DNA of 64,000 nucleotides, taken from the NCBI GenBank assembly GCA_951406725.2, contig OX597821.1:4960001-5024000 (forward strand), in the 5' to 3' direction. Made by a program: the position numbers and the translations under genes. The DNA comes from Octopus vulgaris. Lineage: Eukaryota. The notes under the pieces were generated by a model. It saw only the letters and a list, made by a program, of their open reading frames with translations, was not told the origin of the DNA and did no database searches. The stretch's first letter is position 1. Each line of letters opens with the position of its first letter. Below, in pieces: positions 43,640-56,688 of this stretch.

Positions 43640-43802
43640 AAGTATGTATGTATGTATGTATGTATGTATGTATGTATGTAGGAAGTTTTTCAGTTTTATT
43701 TCAGGATTTCTTGCTAACAAAGAGTCGATTTCTAACCTAGATCCGAGGTTCCTTCGTTAGATTTTCAACATCAACAACGGGGCATTTTTGTATGTATATA
43801 TG

Positions 43803-43836
<34 letters not shown>

Positions 43837-44708
43837 TGTATGTAGGTAGGTAGATCGGTAGTTAGGTAGGTAGTTAGGTAGGCAGTTAGGTAGGTAGGTA
43901 GGTAGGTAGGTAGGTAGGTAGGTAGGTAGGTAGGTAGGTAGGTAGGTAGGTAGGTAGGTAGGTGTGTATATGTGCAGGTTTATGTTTTGTTTTATGTACG
44001 CCTTCTCATGCATATATTTGCATGTAGACATGCTTGTATATACTTGAATGATAAACTTCTGGAAAGTCTTACAGATTTTTTCAGTTCTAGTGATGGCTTC
44101 GATCCGTAAACTTCGAATCTGATTTCTCCTTCCTAGTTTTGAGAAACTTAATTTCTCAAGATTGGTATTTAAGTGATGTTTTACATATCACAGTGCCCCA
44201 TTAATTAGAGGTATAAACCTGAAATTGTTATGTGGATAGAGTAACTGTAGATTTCTCAATGGTTCAGCATAGGTATTCTCTTTTTCCCTGATCTTCAGTT
44301 GTACGTTAACAACCGCTGGGCAGCTGATTTCCACAACTATACACAGTTCCTCTTCTCAGTCCTAAACCATTTTATCAGGTCTATTGTGTTGATATTTTAT
44401 TGAGGTTTTTACTGGGACACTCCACGATCACGTCCTTTTATTTTGGGTGGCTATGGCTTCCATCATACAGTGTTTTCTACTTCTTTGTGCTCGATATTAT
44501 CTTATGACAATTTTGGACAAATGCTTATGATGTGGGGATATCTTCGGAGTTATCTTCACAAAGTCTGCATCGATCGCCACATTTTCTTGCTTTTCCTGCA
44601 AATCCACCCCTTTCGCACATCAAGTATTTGATTGATATTTCGTGTCCCTTGATTGCAAACGGATACCCTTCCAAGTGAGAGTTAGAAATCTAGTTGTTAC
44701 TCTATGAC
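43640..44708 (-). pseudogene. RLE-type non-LTR retrotransposon 3' fragment (CCHC knuckle plus PD-(D/E)xK-type endonuclease)
   Basis: Minus strand: DRCRLCEDNSEDI..HIISICPK (frameshifted, about 44510-44575), HNRPD..VVEISCP (about 44320-44390), EKENTY, FIPLINGAL; 3' UTR ends in (TACA)n. Confidence 0.85.
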
Positions 44709-44757
<49 letters not shown>

Positions 44758-44793
44758 TTTATATACGTATATATATATATATATATATTCTTT

Positions 44794-45004
44794 ATTTAAA
44801 AACAGCAGAAATATAACAAAAGCTGTTACTGAGAGTTTCACGTTCCCGTTCGTCGGACAGTTTTGTTAAAAAACAACTGTCATTAGAATGGGAACATGAA
44901 ACTCTGAGTAATATTTTGATATATTTCTGCTGCTTTTAAATGAACCATATTACTCTAGCTCTGGTATTTGAGTACTCTTTTTTTCATTTATTTGCTTACA
45001 CCAG

Positions 45005-45008
<4 letters not shown>
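44794..45008. mobile_element. Penelope-like inverted repeat plus tail, in (TA)n
   Basis: Imperfect IR 44794-44941, tail to about 45008, HHR in the left arm. Confidence 0.7.
44823..44860 (-). ncRNA. Minimal type I HHR, variant core CCGACGA
   Basis: ctgt CCGACGA acg ggaa cgt GAAA ctctcag TA acag; all three stems pair. Confidence 0.65.
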
Positions 45009-45074
<66 letters not shown>

Positions 45075-45088
45075 CTATATATATATAT

Positions 45089-45697
45089 ATCGTTGCTAAA
45101 CCCTTAATTACTTAGTATTACATAAATTTTCCTCGAATGAGGCTTTTACATGCCGAAATCTACTTGGTGAAATTAATGATTATTCCAAATTAATTAATTT
45201 CACCCTATATTATTACTGATAACCATATTTCATCCCAGTAAATGACCGCAACATCTTGTCTTGGCTACACGCTGGTGGGAAGGGGTTGGTGACACAAACT
45301 TTCATTCACATTTTGAATTTGGTGATACTGGTAACGGTTTTAGCTCGCTCTGATACTGAGTTGAGATGATGCCTTCTAGTATCTCGAAATTTAATATACA
45401 ATTATTCATAATTGTAGTGTCCTACGCTGATGAGAAAAGAAGTTGGGTAAGTCATAATTATCTAATTCTTATGATTTCCTAAAACTTAATTTCGAAACGT
45501 ACGTCCGTAGGTGACTTAAAATTGTATGATAGATTGCCGTCATTTCCTTCTCTCTTGCCTGTCTGTGTTTGCCTTTCAAGTGCTGTGGTTTTACTGAGAT
45601 CTCCCTTTTAGTAGAAAGAATAGCTATAACTCTTTGACTGCTATTTCTAAATTCGGTGTGTGGTGAGGCAAATCGTTGCTAAACCCTTAATTACTTA

Positions 45698-45701
<4 letters not shown>
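45089..45701 (+). mobile_element. Retrozyme-like unit (583-bp period, 30-bp terminal direct repeat)
   Basis: atcgttgctaaacccttaattacttagtat at 45089-45118 and 45672-45701; (TA)n on both sides; internal HHR; no ORF in the track. Confidence 0.75.
45421..45511 (+). ncRNA. Type I hammerhead ribozyme with canonical core
   Basis: cctacg CTGATGA [gaaa..60-nt stem II..tttc] GAAA cgtacg TC cgtagg; predicted cleavage after C45505 (GUC). Confidence 0.9.
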
Positions 45702-45736
<35 letters not shown>

Positions 45737-47549
45737 CGGAAAATTGTTGCTATTTCTCCACTGACTGAAAAATGATGAACAGTCTTAATCGATTTTCGAA
45801 ACTTAATGGGTTTCCACCAGAGTCATCTACATCATTCTGACAGTCTTCAGAGAAACAAACAACCAAACAAACGCAGCAGTTACTCTATGAAGGAGTCCCT
45901 ATATATATATATATATATATAAGTTGCAATGTTTACTAATCGGTGCAGCTGGAACGTTTGTTAGTCTATGTAAGGCGGTATATATATTAAAGAATTAAAG
46001 TTAATGCTATGTAACTTCGTAGCAATCCTTATTATCGATATTGTTGATTTTATATATATATATATATATATTAATTATTATTTCTAAAACTCTGAGGGAG
46101 AAACGTTCTGCAACAATACTCTAGAGTAAATATTAGTTGCCGACATAATGTGGCGGTCCTTATATTTTTGAACAAGGGAGTTTAGTGTCCCCACGCAGTT
46201 CTAAGACAATATCTCTGTATCAATGGTTTCTGGTTTATTTCTCTTCATCAGCACAGAATAATTGCTCAGCTAGAGATTGTGACACTAAATTCTTGTTCGA
46301 AATATATTTTTTTGAAAGTGACATACAGCTCCGAGTGACCTTCAATTTTCTCCGTGTAGAGGATCTGTGAGCAAATTATCCAAGACTCCATTTTCCTAAA
46401 TTGTAAGTGATGAACTGAGGGATAAGATTTGGTCGTCATTTTTAGTAGGTCAATCAACAATGTACAGAATCATTTGCAACTATATGGTTCCACATGTTTG
46501 CTTGTTTGTGTGTGTGTATGTGTGTATGTGTGTTTGCGTATGTGTGTTTGTAAGCGGATGTATGATTATTTGTGAAAATGGGTATATGTGTAAATATGAC
46601 CAGGGGAGAGAAATATTTCGCTCGGAAAGAAACAGATACAAAAACAACCAAGTAAATAAAAATGGACAAATATTTATATAAATATACACATCAACAAAAA
46701 TATGCTGAAGGAAAGTTTTAATGTATAGGTTAGATTTAAACATCTACAAACACATCATTAAGGAGTTAATTGGGAGAAAACATGCGACGAATAACTACAG
46801 ACTACAATAATAAAACTTCACCTAATTATACAGAATCTTAACACCTATGATTATTATATAAAATATCTTCAAGTGATTTGTGTTCCTGTTTTATTTGAGG
46901 CGAAAAAAACTTTGTACAGATATATCAAGGGATGATTACATAGGCTATAGTAAATCTATGTAATTATTGGGGTCAATGCGAATTGTAAGAGACATTATGT
47001 GGTATGGATAAAAGTGATTTGCTAAGGAAAGAATTTTAACTATAAAAAAGAAACATTATTCTCCATAAACATTCATTAAGTTGTCGCCGTTAGCTAATCT
47101 TGAAAGAATAGCAGGAAGGAATAGAAGGTAGAATCCGAACAAACGCCAGAACCTTGGTTCGGGTATATAGATATATCATTTGGTTCTTGGTCCTTCTTCT
47201 CCACCTCTATCTCGCTCTCTCTCACTCCTTCTCTCTTCTGTCTCTTTCTCCCCCTCTCGCTCTTTCTCTCGCTCTCTCTCTCTCTCCCTACATATTTTTT
47301 TATTGTTTATCTTATACTCGTTTCAGTCGTTGGACCCCTTGCAGAGTGAACATACTGAGCACCTCTTTGAAAGGTTAAGTCGGACGAATTAACCACAGCG
47401 TTTACTAAATGTGCTATTTATTTCATCCGCTAATTAACTGCTAACTTAGAGGGAACATATAAAAACCAATAACATACATATAAGAACATTCCTTTCTTAG
47501 TGGTAAGACCATAGGGGGTCGACTTCTAGCATATGGAATGTCCACTCAA

Positions 47550-47582
<33 letters not shown>

Positions 47583-47587
<5 letters not shown>

Positions 47588-47821
47588 AAATTAAAAAATA
47601 ATGAAAGTATTGTATACAGTGCTCAGGTGCACCACAACTTGTCAGAAAGTGCATATAAAGTACATGCAGCAATGTAGAAATGGCTGGAAAGTGAACATGC
47701 TTGTGTGTGTATGGAGGGGAGAAAATCAAGTGTAGTGTTGGCGAATCTCAGGAAACATGGAAGTTTTGAAGGATGCAGTGCTCCGACAACTAACAACCGA
47801 TGCCGGCAGTTTGTTCCACGC

Positions 47822-47825
<4 letters not shown>
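47583..47825 (-). mobile_element. CR1/L2-type LINE 3' end fragment
   Basis: Minus strand EAWNKLPASVVSCRSTASFK..* (WNxLP C-terminal motif) followed by a short 3' UTR. Confidence 0.75.
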
Positions 47826-47892
<67 letters not shown>

Positions 47893-48870
47893 TTATATAT
47901 ATATATACATATTATAATGTACACAACATACAGTTAGGCGCTACTATTAGTTGCATGCATTAGGAATGTAGTCTACCTAAGGTTTATTAGTACACCAACA
48001 ATATTTATGTTCTTCTTAAGAGAGTTGAAGCCGATCGTTAACAGAGGGACTAAACTTTTTGAGTTGATGGGGTTTCCTCTCTTTATAAATAAGTGGCTGC
48101 GTTGGTCTGTTCGTTGAGCTGTGAATGCATATATACAAGAGTGTGCATTAGATCACCTGAAGAATCTCAGACAGAGAATCTGTTGAATGTCTTACCAATA
48201 TTCATTTGCCACTGAAGTAAAGGATTCGGGGAATCAGCGTAAGTTTCTTTTGCTTTCTTTTAGTAAAACATTGTATTATTTTTTTAGTATAAGTTTGGTA
48301 CCTAATCTAATGCAAATATAATGATAAATACAAATGACAATTTACAGAACAATAGCTGTACGTTCCGCATGAATTAACCATAGATGTTCTCTTTTTCCTG
48401 GACGTTTGGTTCAAATCCAGTAGTAGGTACTTTTGCGAGATGTAGGCACGCCAGCAGCATTGAATATATACATGTATGTATGGCATGGAATATGTAGAAA
48501 TTTATGAAAAGAAAATGAATAGTTACCTGTTGTGCTGAAGTATAAGAAATGAAATGTGAGATAGCCACTAAACAGACGACGCTATAACAAATGGAAAGAG
48601 CAGACGAGATATCGGCTTTGCTATACAGAAGAAGAGAATATAACACAATATCATTTTGTTTGCACGTTACCTATGGTCTTCAGATCTGTCATACTTGAAA
48701 TTTGATTATCAAATACGATACATACACCATTTAAACATATAAAACCAAATACGTCTTTGCGAAGTTGTTCGTATCAAAATACCATAAATCATTTTTAGTG
48801 TAGGCATATGAAATTATATATACGCACACACATATTATTATATATATATGTACATACATACTCACACACA

Positions 48871-48931
<61 letters not shown>

Positions 48932-49266
48932 TTATATATAAGAATGGAGAATTGTATATCTTTAATTAAATTTTTCCAACAAATAAAATTGCACCATTTA
49001 TTTCTGTTGTCTGATAGTTCTCTGCATCTTGTCGATCTATATTAAAGCAAGCATAATGCAAATTCCAGTCCACAGATTGACACTCTTATATAACATATTA
49101 CAAGTCATTTCTTTTGTTCTCATGTTCTGACTCCAAATTCCGCCGAGGTCAACTTAGCCATTCATCGGTTCGGATTCGAAAACTAAGTACCATCTGAGCA
49201 ATGGCGTCGATGCAATTAACTTACCTCACCCTCCAAAAGTTGCTTATAATAGAAAGTATTATTTAA

Positions 49267-49594
49267 AAGGCGAGCTTGCAGAAATGTTAGCACGCCAGAT
49301 GAAATGCTTAGCAGTATTTCGTCTGCCGTTACGTTCTGAGTTCAAATTCTGCCGTGGTCGGCTATGCCTTTCATCTTTTCGGAGTCGATTAAATAAGTAC
49401 CAGTTACGCACTGGAGTCGATATGATCGACTTAATCCCTTTGTCTGTCCTTGTTTGTCCTCTCTGTGTTTAGCCCCTTGTGGGTAGTAAAGAAATAGGCA
49501 TTTCGGCAGCCTTCAGGTTCAATATCTGCCGAGGTCAAATTTTGCCTTGCATTCATTTGAGATCGATAAAATAAGTACCAGTACACTACTGGAT
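49267..49594 (+). mobile_element. SINE family A full copy plus start of a second headless unit
   Basis: aggcgagcttgcagaaatgttagc head through ..gtagtaaagaaatagg tail, then restarts at catttcg. Confidence 0.85.
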
Positions 49595-49899
49595 GTGGGG
49601 GCACATGACCTAGTGGTTAGAGCAGTGGACTCGCGGTCGAGGGAACGCGGATTCGAATCTCAGACCGAGCGATGGGTGTGTTTATGAGCGAAACACCAAA
49701 GCTCCACGCGGCTCCGGCAAAAGGTAATGGCGAACTTCTGCTGACACTTTCGCAACAACTTTCTCTCACTCTTTCCTTCTACATCTTGCAGCTCCCCTGC
49801 GACGGACCGGCGTCCCGTCCAGGTGGGGAACCTATGCGCCAAGGAAACCGCGAAAACCAGCCCTTATGAACCAGGGATGGCTGGAGACAGAACAAACAA
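49595..49899 (+). mobile_element. SINE family C, tail type 2, with 12-bp TSD
   Basis: TSD acactactggat at 49583-49594 and 49900-49911; (AAAC)n tail; cctgcgacggaccggcgtcccgtccagg resembles the V-SINE domain (from memory). Confidence 0.9.
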
Positions 49900-50757
49900 A
49901 CACTACTGGATAGATGTATTCTAATTTCCTACCCCTGAAATTTCGTTGTGTGTTGGGCGTCAAATACGTCGTCTCCACTTCTCCGCTGCTGCTTTATTTA
50001 TTACTTGTCGTTATTTGCTACTGATGTTTACGATCTGGGTTCAATTCCAACTAAATTTATCTTTCACTCTTCAAATAGAGATGCCAAAGTAACCAACTAA
50101 ACGCTTCCCCTCAAAATCACCGGCTTTGTGTCCAAATTAGAAACGCGTATTACACTGAAAGACATGAATAATGGACCTGTACGAGATTGATTAATCTTCT
50201 AATAATCCTTAAATTGCGTAGAAGACAGAGGAGAATTCGACCTCAGTTGGCAACTGGTACTTCATTTATCGAGTCCGAATAGAGGAAAGGCAAAGCCGAC
50301 TTCAGCAGGATTTGAACTTTGAACGTAATGGCGGACACAATACTTCTAAGCATTTTGTACGGCCCGATAACGATTCTGCAAGCTCGTCGCTTTAGTCAAA
50401 ATCCAAATTATAACAACCATACATTGCTCCAATAATTGAATACCGTCTTTAAGTTAGCACACTTTGCATAATGTAGCCACAGTAACTTCCAAAGTGATGA
50501 GATGGTCATAGAGCTGTTTTCTTTTTTATCGTAAGTACCCGATCAGAGTAGATCTCGTATTAAACATCGACCAAACGCAAGAATCGAATTTAGAACCTTC
50601 ATCTCATGGAATGTATCCAAGTACTCAGGTACCCTATGGAAACCTATTCCATTCCAGCGCGCATTGCTGAATATTATATCTTAATCTAATTGCATTTATG
50701 CATTACTGCATCAGCTGCATTTGATAGTAGTATGCTGCAGAGCATCAAGTTATGTGG

Positions 50758-50801
<44 letters not shown>

Positions 50802-51401
50802 GCTGTTTAGGTTAAACTGTTTTGGCAATGGGTAGATCGCTTTATTAACAAGGTGATACATATAAAACTATAGAGTCATAGGCCAGCAGACCAGCCAACG
50901 CGATACAGTACTGATTCAACCACTCTTCGACATTCTTCTAATTTGTCACTTGAATTCCATAAAGGAACAAGTTAATAATTATTATCTGAACATTTGGAAT
51001 AATTGGTGACCTGTACATTGGATTAATGCCAAACTTTCTCTCTGTCTTTATTTAATTTGTTGAGAAGAACTATATTATTGCCATGCATTTCTATTACCCA
51101 TAAGATAACGTCCCTAAACTGACGGTTGCTGAAAATATAGGAGATAATTACGGAGTTTTGAGCTCGTTGGGAAATGACTTGCAGTGAGTTATTTGATTGT
51201 ACACATTGTGTTAATTGAATCATTGGCCGTAAATCTGTGGTTGTTAAACTGGCCAATAATATTTAACTCTTTCAACAATGCATCATACAAATTTTCTATG
51301 AAAGGGGTGCAATACACTTCCTGGAAACCACCTCAGTATCTAAGATATTCTAATGACAAACGAACGACAGATACTATCAACTGAATGTATATGTAAATAT
51401 T

Positions 51402-51439
<38 letters not shown>

Positions 51440-51449
51440 CAATAATAAT

Positions 51450-52910
51450 ATCAAATCTTGCTAGAAGCGCAGCGATTTTGGGGGAAGGGATGAGTCGATT
51501 ACATCGACCCCGAAAAGATGAAAGGTAAAGTCGACCTCAGTGGAAGAATTTGAACTTAGAAGGTACTAGCGGGCGATATACCTATTTATTTACTACCTAC
51601 AAGGGGCTAAATATAAAGAGGGCAAACAAGGACAGACAAACGGATTAAATCGATTACATCGACCCCAGTGCGTAACTGTTACTTAATTTATTGACCTCGA
51701 AAGCATGAAAAGCAAAGTCGATCTCAGTGGAATTTGAACTCACAACGTAACGACGAAATACCTATTTCTTTACTACCCACAAGGGGCTAAACACAGACAG
51801 GACAAACAAGGACAGATAAACGGATTAAGTCGATTATATCGACTCCAGTGCGTAACTGGTACTTATTAAATCGACACCGAAAGGATGAATGGCAAAGTCG
51901 ACCTCGGCGGAATTTGAACTCAGAACGTAATGGCAGACAAAATACCTATTTCATTACTACTCAGAAGGGACAAACGAGGACAGACAAACGGATTAAGTCG
52001 ATTATATCGACTCCAGTGCGTAACTGGTACTTATTTAATCGACCCCGAAAGGATGAAAGGCAAAGTTTGACCTCGGCGGAATTTGAACTCAGAACGTAGC
52101 GGCAGACGAAATACCTATTTCTACCTATTTCTTTACTACCCACAAGGGGCTACACACAGAGAGAACAAACAAGGACAGACAAACGGATTAAGTCGATTAT
52201 ATCGACCCCGAAATGATGAAAGGCAAAATCGACCTCGGCGGAATTTGAACTCAGAACGTAACGGCAGACGAAAAACCGCAAATGATTTCGCCCGCCGTGC
52301 TAATGTTTCTTATTTCTTTATTGCCCACAAGGGGCTAAACCTAGAGAGGACAAACAAGGACAGAGAAAGGGATTAAGTCGATTACATCGACGTCAGTGCG
52401 TAACTGGTACTTAATTTATCGACTCCGAAAGGATGAAAGGCAAAGAAGACCTCGGCGCAATTTGAACTCAGAAAATGACAGCAGAGGAAATACCTATTTC
52501 TTAACTACCCACAAGGGGCTAAACACAGAGAGGACAAACAAGGACAGGCAAACTGATTAAGTCGATTAATACGACCCCAGTGCCTAACTGGTACTTAATT
52601 TATCGACCCCGAAAGGATAAAATTCAAAGTCGACCACGGAGGAATTTGAACTCAGAACGTAACGGCAGACGAAATACCTATTTCTTAACTATCCACAAGG
52701 GGCTAAACACAGAGAGGACAAACAAGGACAGACAAACAGATTAAGTCGATTATATCGACCCCAGTGCATAAGTAATACTTAATTTATCGACCCCGAAAGG
52801 ATGAAAGGCAAAGTCGACCTCGGCGGAATTTGAACTCAGATTGTAGCGGCAGACGAAGTACCGCTCAGCATTTCGCCCAGCGCGCTAACGTTTCTGCCAG
52901 CTCGCCGCCT
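51450..52910 (-). repeat. Tandem array of SINE family A bodies (about 184-bp period, 7 units plus a partial)
   Basis: Units start at about 51581, 51761, 51945, 52124, 52309, 52493, 52677; a complete head only at 52860-52910. Confidence 0.9.
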
Positions 52911-53611
52911 TTTTATTATGATAATAATAAAGAAAATCTTATAGTAGTGTTTATTTTTATATATCACTTAACTATTCCTAAATATGCACAAATTATTAAT
53001 ATACTCATATTATCTATATTTATATAACTGAAATATACATAAATTAAGATATTCCTTTTATAAAGATCTCATCCATACAAGCTAACGGGTCCCAACGAAA
53101 ACTCTAATCAGCTAATCCAACCGAAGGGTATTTACAGCATCTTTAGACGCACTAGAAATAGAATCTGCATCTTTATATAATTACTACCTACATTCTTTAA
53201 AAAAGAAGGGCATTTAGTTTTTCCTTATGTCATTCATTGCGAAATAAAATTTCATGGTTATTTCAGTAATGATATTAAATATCTACCGAAAATTGAATTG
53301 GTATTTTCTAAAAGTCAGGTTGCCACGATAAACTTGACACATCTCATAAGAGAATACTATAATATATGACATTCCTCAGTAAAAGATAAATTGGTGTATG
53401 AAGCTGGTTTCTGCAATAAAAATTGTAATTTAGGCGAATGCCTTATAAAAGAAAACGTGATGAACATATCTACATGTCTTAGAACTCTGGTCAGTGAGAT
53501 CAAATCTAAACTTGGGCAACGGAAGAAAATCCCAAAATTAATTAATAGTATCTTACTTTCTATTGTGTTATGTATTGCATACTGACGTCTGGATACTCGT
53601 AAGCCGAGGTA

Positions 53612-53897
53612 TTCTTTTATTCTTGTCAGTCATCTGACTGCGGCCATGCTGGAGCACTGCTTTCAGTCGAGTAAATCGTCATCAGAACTTATTCTTTGTA
53701 AGTCTATTGCTTATTCTATCTGTTTCTTTTGCCGAACCGCTACCGCTAACTTACGGTGACGTAAAGGCACCAACATCAGTTGCAGGCGATGGTGGGGGAC
53801 AAACACAGACACACAAACACATACATACACACATACATACATACATACACAAATACATACATACATACATACATGCATGCATACATACATACATACA

Positions 53898-53979
<82 letters not shown>

Positions 53980-54140
53980 ATGGATTTCCTTCAGCTTCTG
54001 TCTACCAAATACACTCACAAGGCTTTGGTCGGACCGAGGCTTTAGTAGAAGACACTAGCCCAAGTTGCCACGCAGTGAGACTAAGTCTGAACCATGTGGC
54101 TGGTAAGCAAGCTACTTACCACACAACCATTCCTGCACCT
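53612..54140 (-). mobile_element. SINE family B copy with internal (TACA)n(TA)n
   Basis: Matches the other family B copies. Confidence 0.85.
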
Positions 54141-54799
54141 ATGTTTAACAAAACTTCGGAGGTAGGGTGTTAATTCTCAGAGAACACTAATAGATATTTA
54201 CAATTCTCGTAGATTAGAACACATCAAAATAGACTAAGGCAGAATAATTCTGTAAGTCTAATTAGGACATGTTTGTGAAATACATCACTTTTACTTATTA
54301 AAATAATAATATATAAAATATATCATATGTTCGTACGTTCCACTGTCAGATGTGAAATAGAAAATAAAAATCTAACAAAAAACTAGTCGAATCAAAAGCA
54401 GTCCAATTCAGACACCCATCCACACCCCCACCCGCGTACATAAAACTAATTTAAATATTTTATTCTCAAACAAGGCTATGTTTTTAAGAAGCTCGCTCGG
54501 CAGCTAGGTGGTTTCGGGTTCCATACCACAGCGCGGCACATTGCAAAATAATCGTAAGCAATAACCCTAGGGGTATCCAATGCTTTGCGGGAGAATTTGA
54601 TAGGCAGAAAATGTGAGGAATTCCGTTTCTCATATATATATACACACATATGTATGTATATATGTAGGCATGTATGTATGTATTATTCTTAAACAAGAAT
54701 ATTATTTTAATCTACAAGCGTAGAGAGTAAGCCATTAGATACATGTAAAATTATGTCTATTAAGACTGATCATACAGACGGACATTTATATATGTGTGT

Positions 54800-54837
<38 letters not shown>

Positions 54838-55592
54838 CTGTGCACGTGCGTGTATATATGCGTGTGTCCGCCTGCGTGCATGATAGAGAGAGAGAGAGAG
54901 ACTGAGAGTTTCTTTGATTCTGAGCTTGACTCACTCATTATTCGACACCCGATGTTAATTATTTAGGTCCAAGTGAATTAGCGGTTCAGCAAAAGAAACC
55001 GAAATAATATGTACCGAACTTCAAAATAAGTACTAATGTGAATATGTGTCACTAAACCCTTTAAGGCTGTACCCCAGTATGACCAGATTTCAATAACCGA
55101 ATCAAGTAATAGATAGAAGGAAAAACCGAAACTTAAACAGCAAATGCATGCTTTGAATCTGTTCCATAAATACATTGTAAGATGGTGTGTAAACGATTCC
55201 GCATTACCAACAAAAAAAAAAAGGAAAACAGTTAAAAAAAGTAAAAATTCGATATGCACTTAAAATGATAGCCAGCTAAATATAGAATCACTGATTGCTC
55301 CTTAGATCCTGTATATGAAACAAAATAGGCTACAATGAACCTCAGAGGGAAATGTTTCTATATTACATGCATATTTTAGATCTGGAATCTTGCCCCACCC
55401 CTTAAAGGTAACTACAAGAATATTTTGCGATGAAATTTGGAGAACAAATAACTTTGTTCGAAGTGTAACGTTGAAACCCAAAAGACTAACGTATTTAAAA
55501 AGGTGCAACATTCTCAAATCGAAAAGCAGATATGAGACACGGAAATAGAACACTTGAAAGATAGAAAAGATAAGGTTAGCACAAATAGTGAG

Positions 55593-55808
<216 letters not shown>

Positions 55809-56688
55809 CTTATTGAGATCGACCTAACACGTGCAAAATAAAGTAAATTGTAAAATCCAAACAAATATCAAAGCTTGAAGATCTATAGAATAAATCTAAG
55901 TGAGAAAAATGGAAACAAAGTATGACAAAAAAAAACGAGAAATAGAAACATAAATTTCTAAATAGAGTAAAGAAAACTTATGAATACGACAAAAATCTAA
56001 ATATGGATGTAACCGAGGATTAAAATCTATATAAGATCTCCCTGTGGACGAACGAACATACCTCTGAGGGATAAAGCTTACTGATAAAATAGTAACGTGA
56101 ATAGGAAAAAAAAGAAACATTTCGTAAGGTAGTATCACAAATTCAATAAACGTGAATATAAATATGATGAGGATAACTCAACTAATATAGACAGCAGTTA
56201 GTGTATTGATTTCAAATTTTGGCACAAGGCCAGCATTTTGGCGAGAGGGAATAAGTGGATTACATCAACCCATCTTTCACTGGTATTTAACTTATCGAAC
56301 CCGAAAGCATGAAAAGCAAAGTTGACCTCTGAGCAATTTGAACCCAGAATATAAAGACGGACGAAAGGTAGGAATTATAGTATTGGAAATGAAAATAACA
56401 CTCACATATAAAGAAATGTTGAAATTTAAATGAATAACGTAAAAAAACAGTATATAGAAAGAGAGAGAACAAACAAAAAACTTATTTCAATAAAAACACC
56501 TTGGTTTTCCCCAGTGGACAGTTAATACTAGGATGGTAGCCATTTTGCTTTTCATTATATATGGCCGGAGTAGACACATTTCGTAAAAAATTGTCACAAA
56601 ATACTATAGAGATATTTCAGAAATAAAAAACAGGTAGCCTTGTCCGAAATGAAATGCCGTTCTGATAAAAAGTAATAAAGATCCATAT

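Noticed and set aside
49597-49670. tRNA gene
   Set aside because: tRNA-like head continues into a SINE body with tail and TSD; cloverleaf incomplete.
51581-52860. Regular repeat array as a possible CRISPR
   Set aside because: Eukaryotic context, no unique spacers; whole ~184-bp units repeat and match a dispersed SINE.
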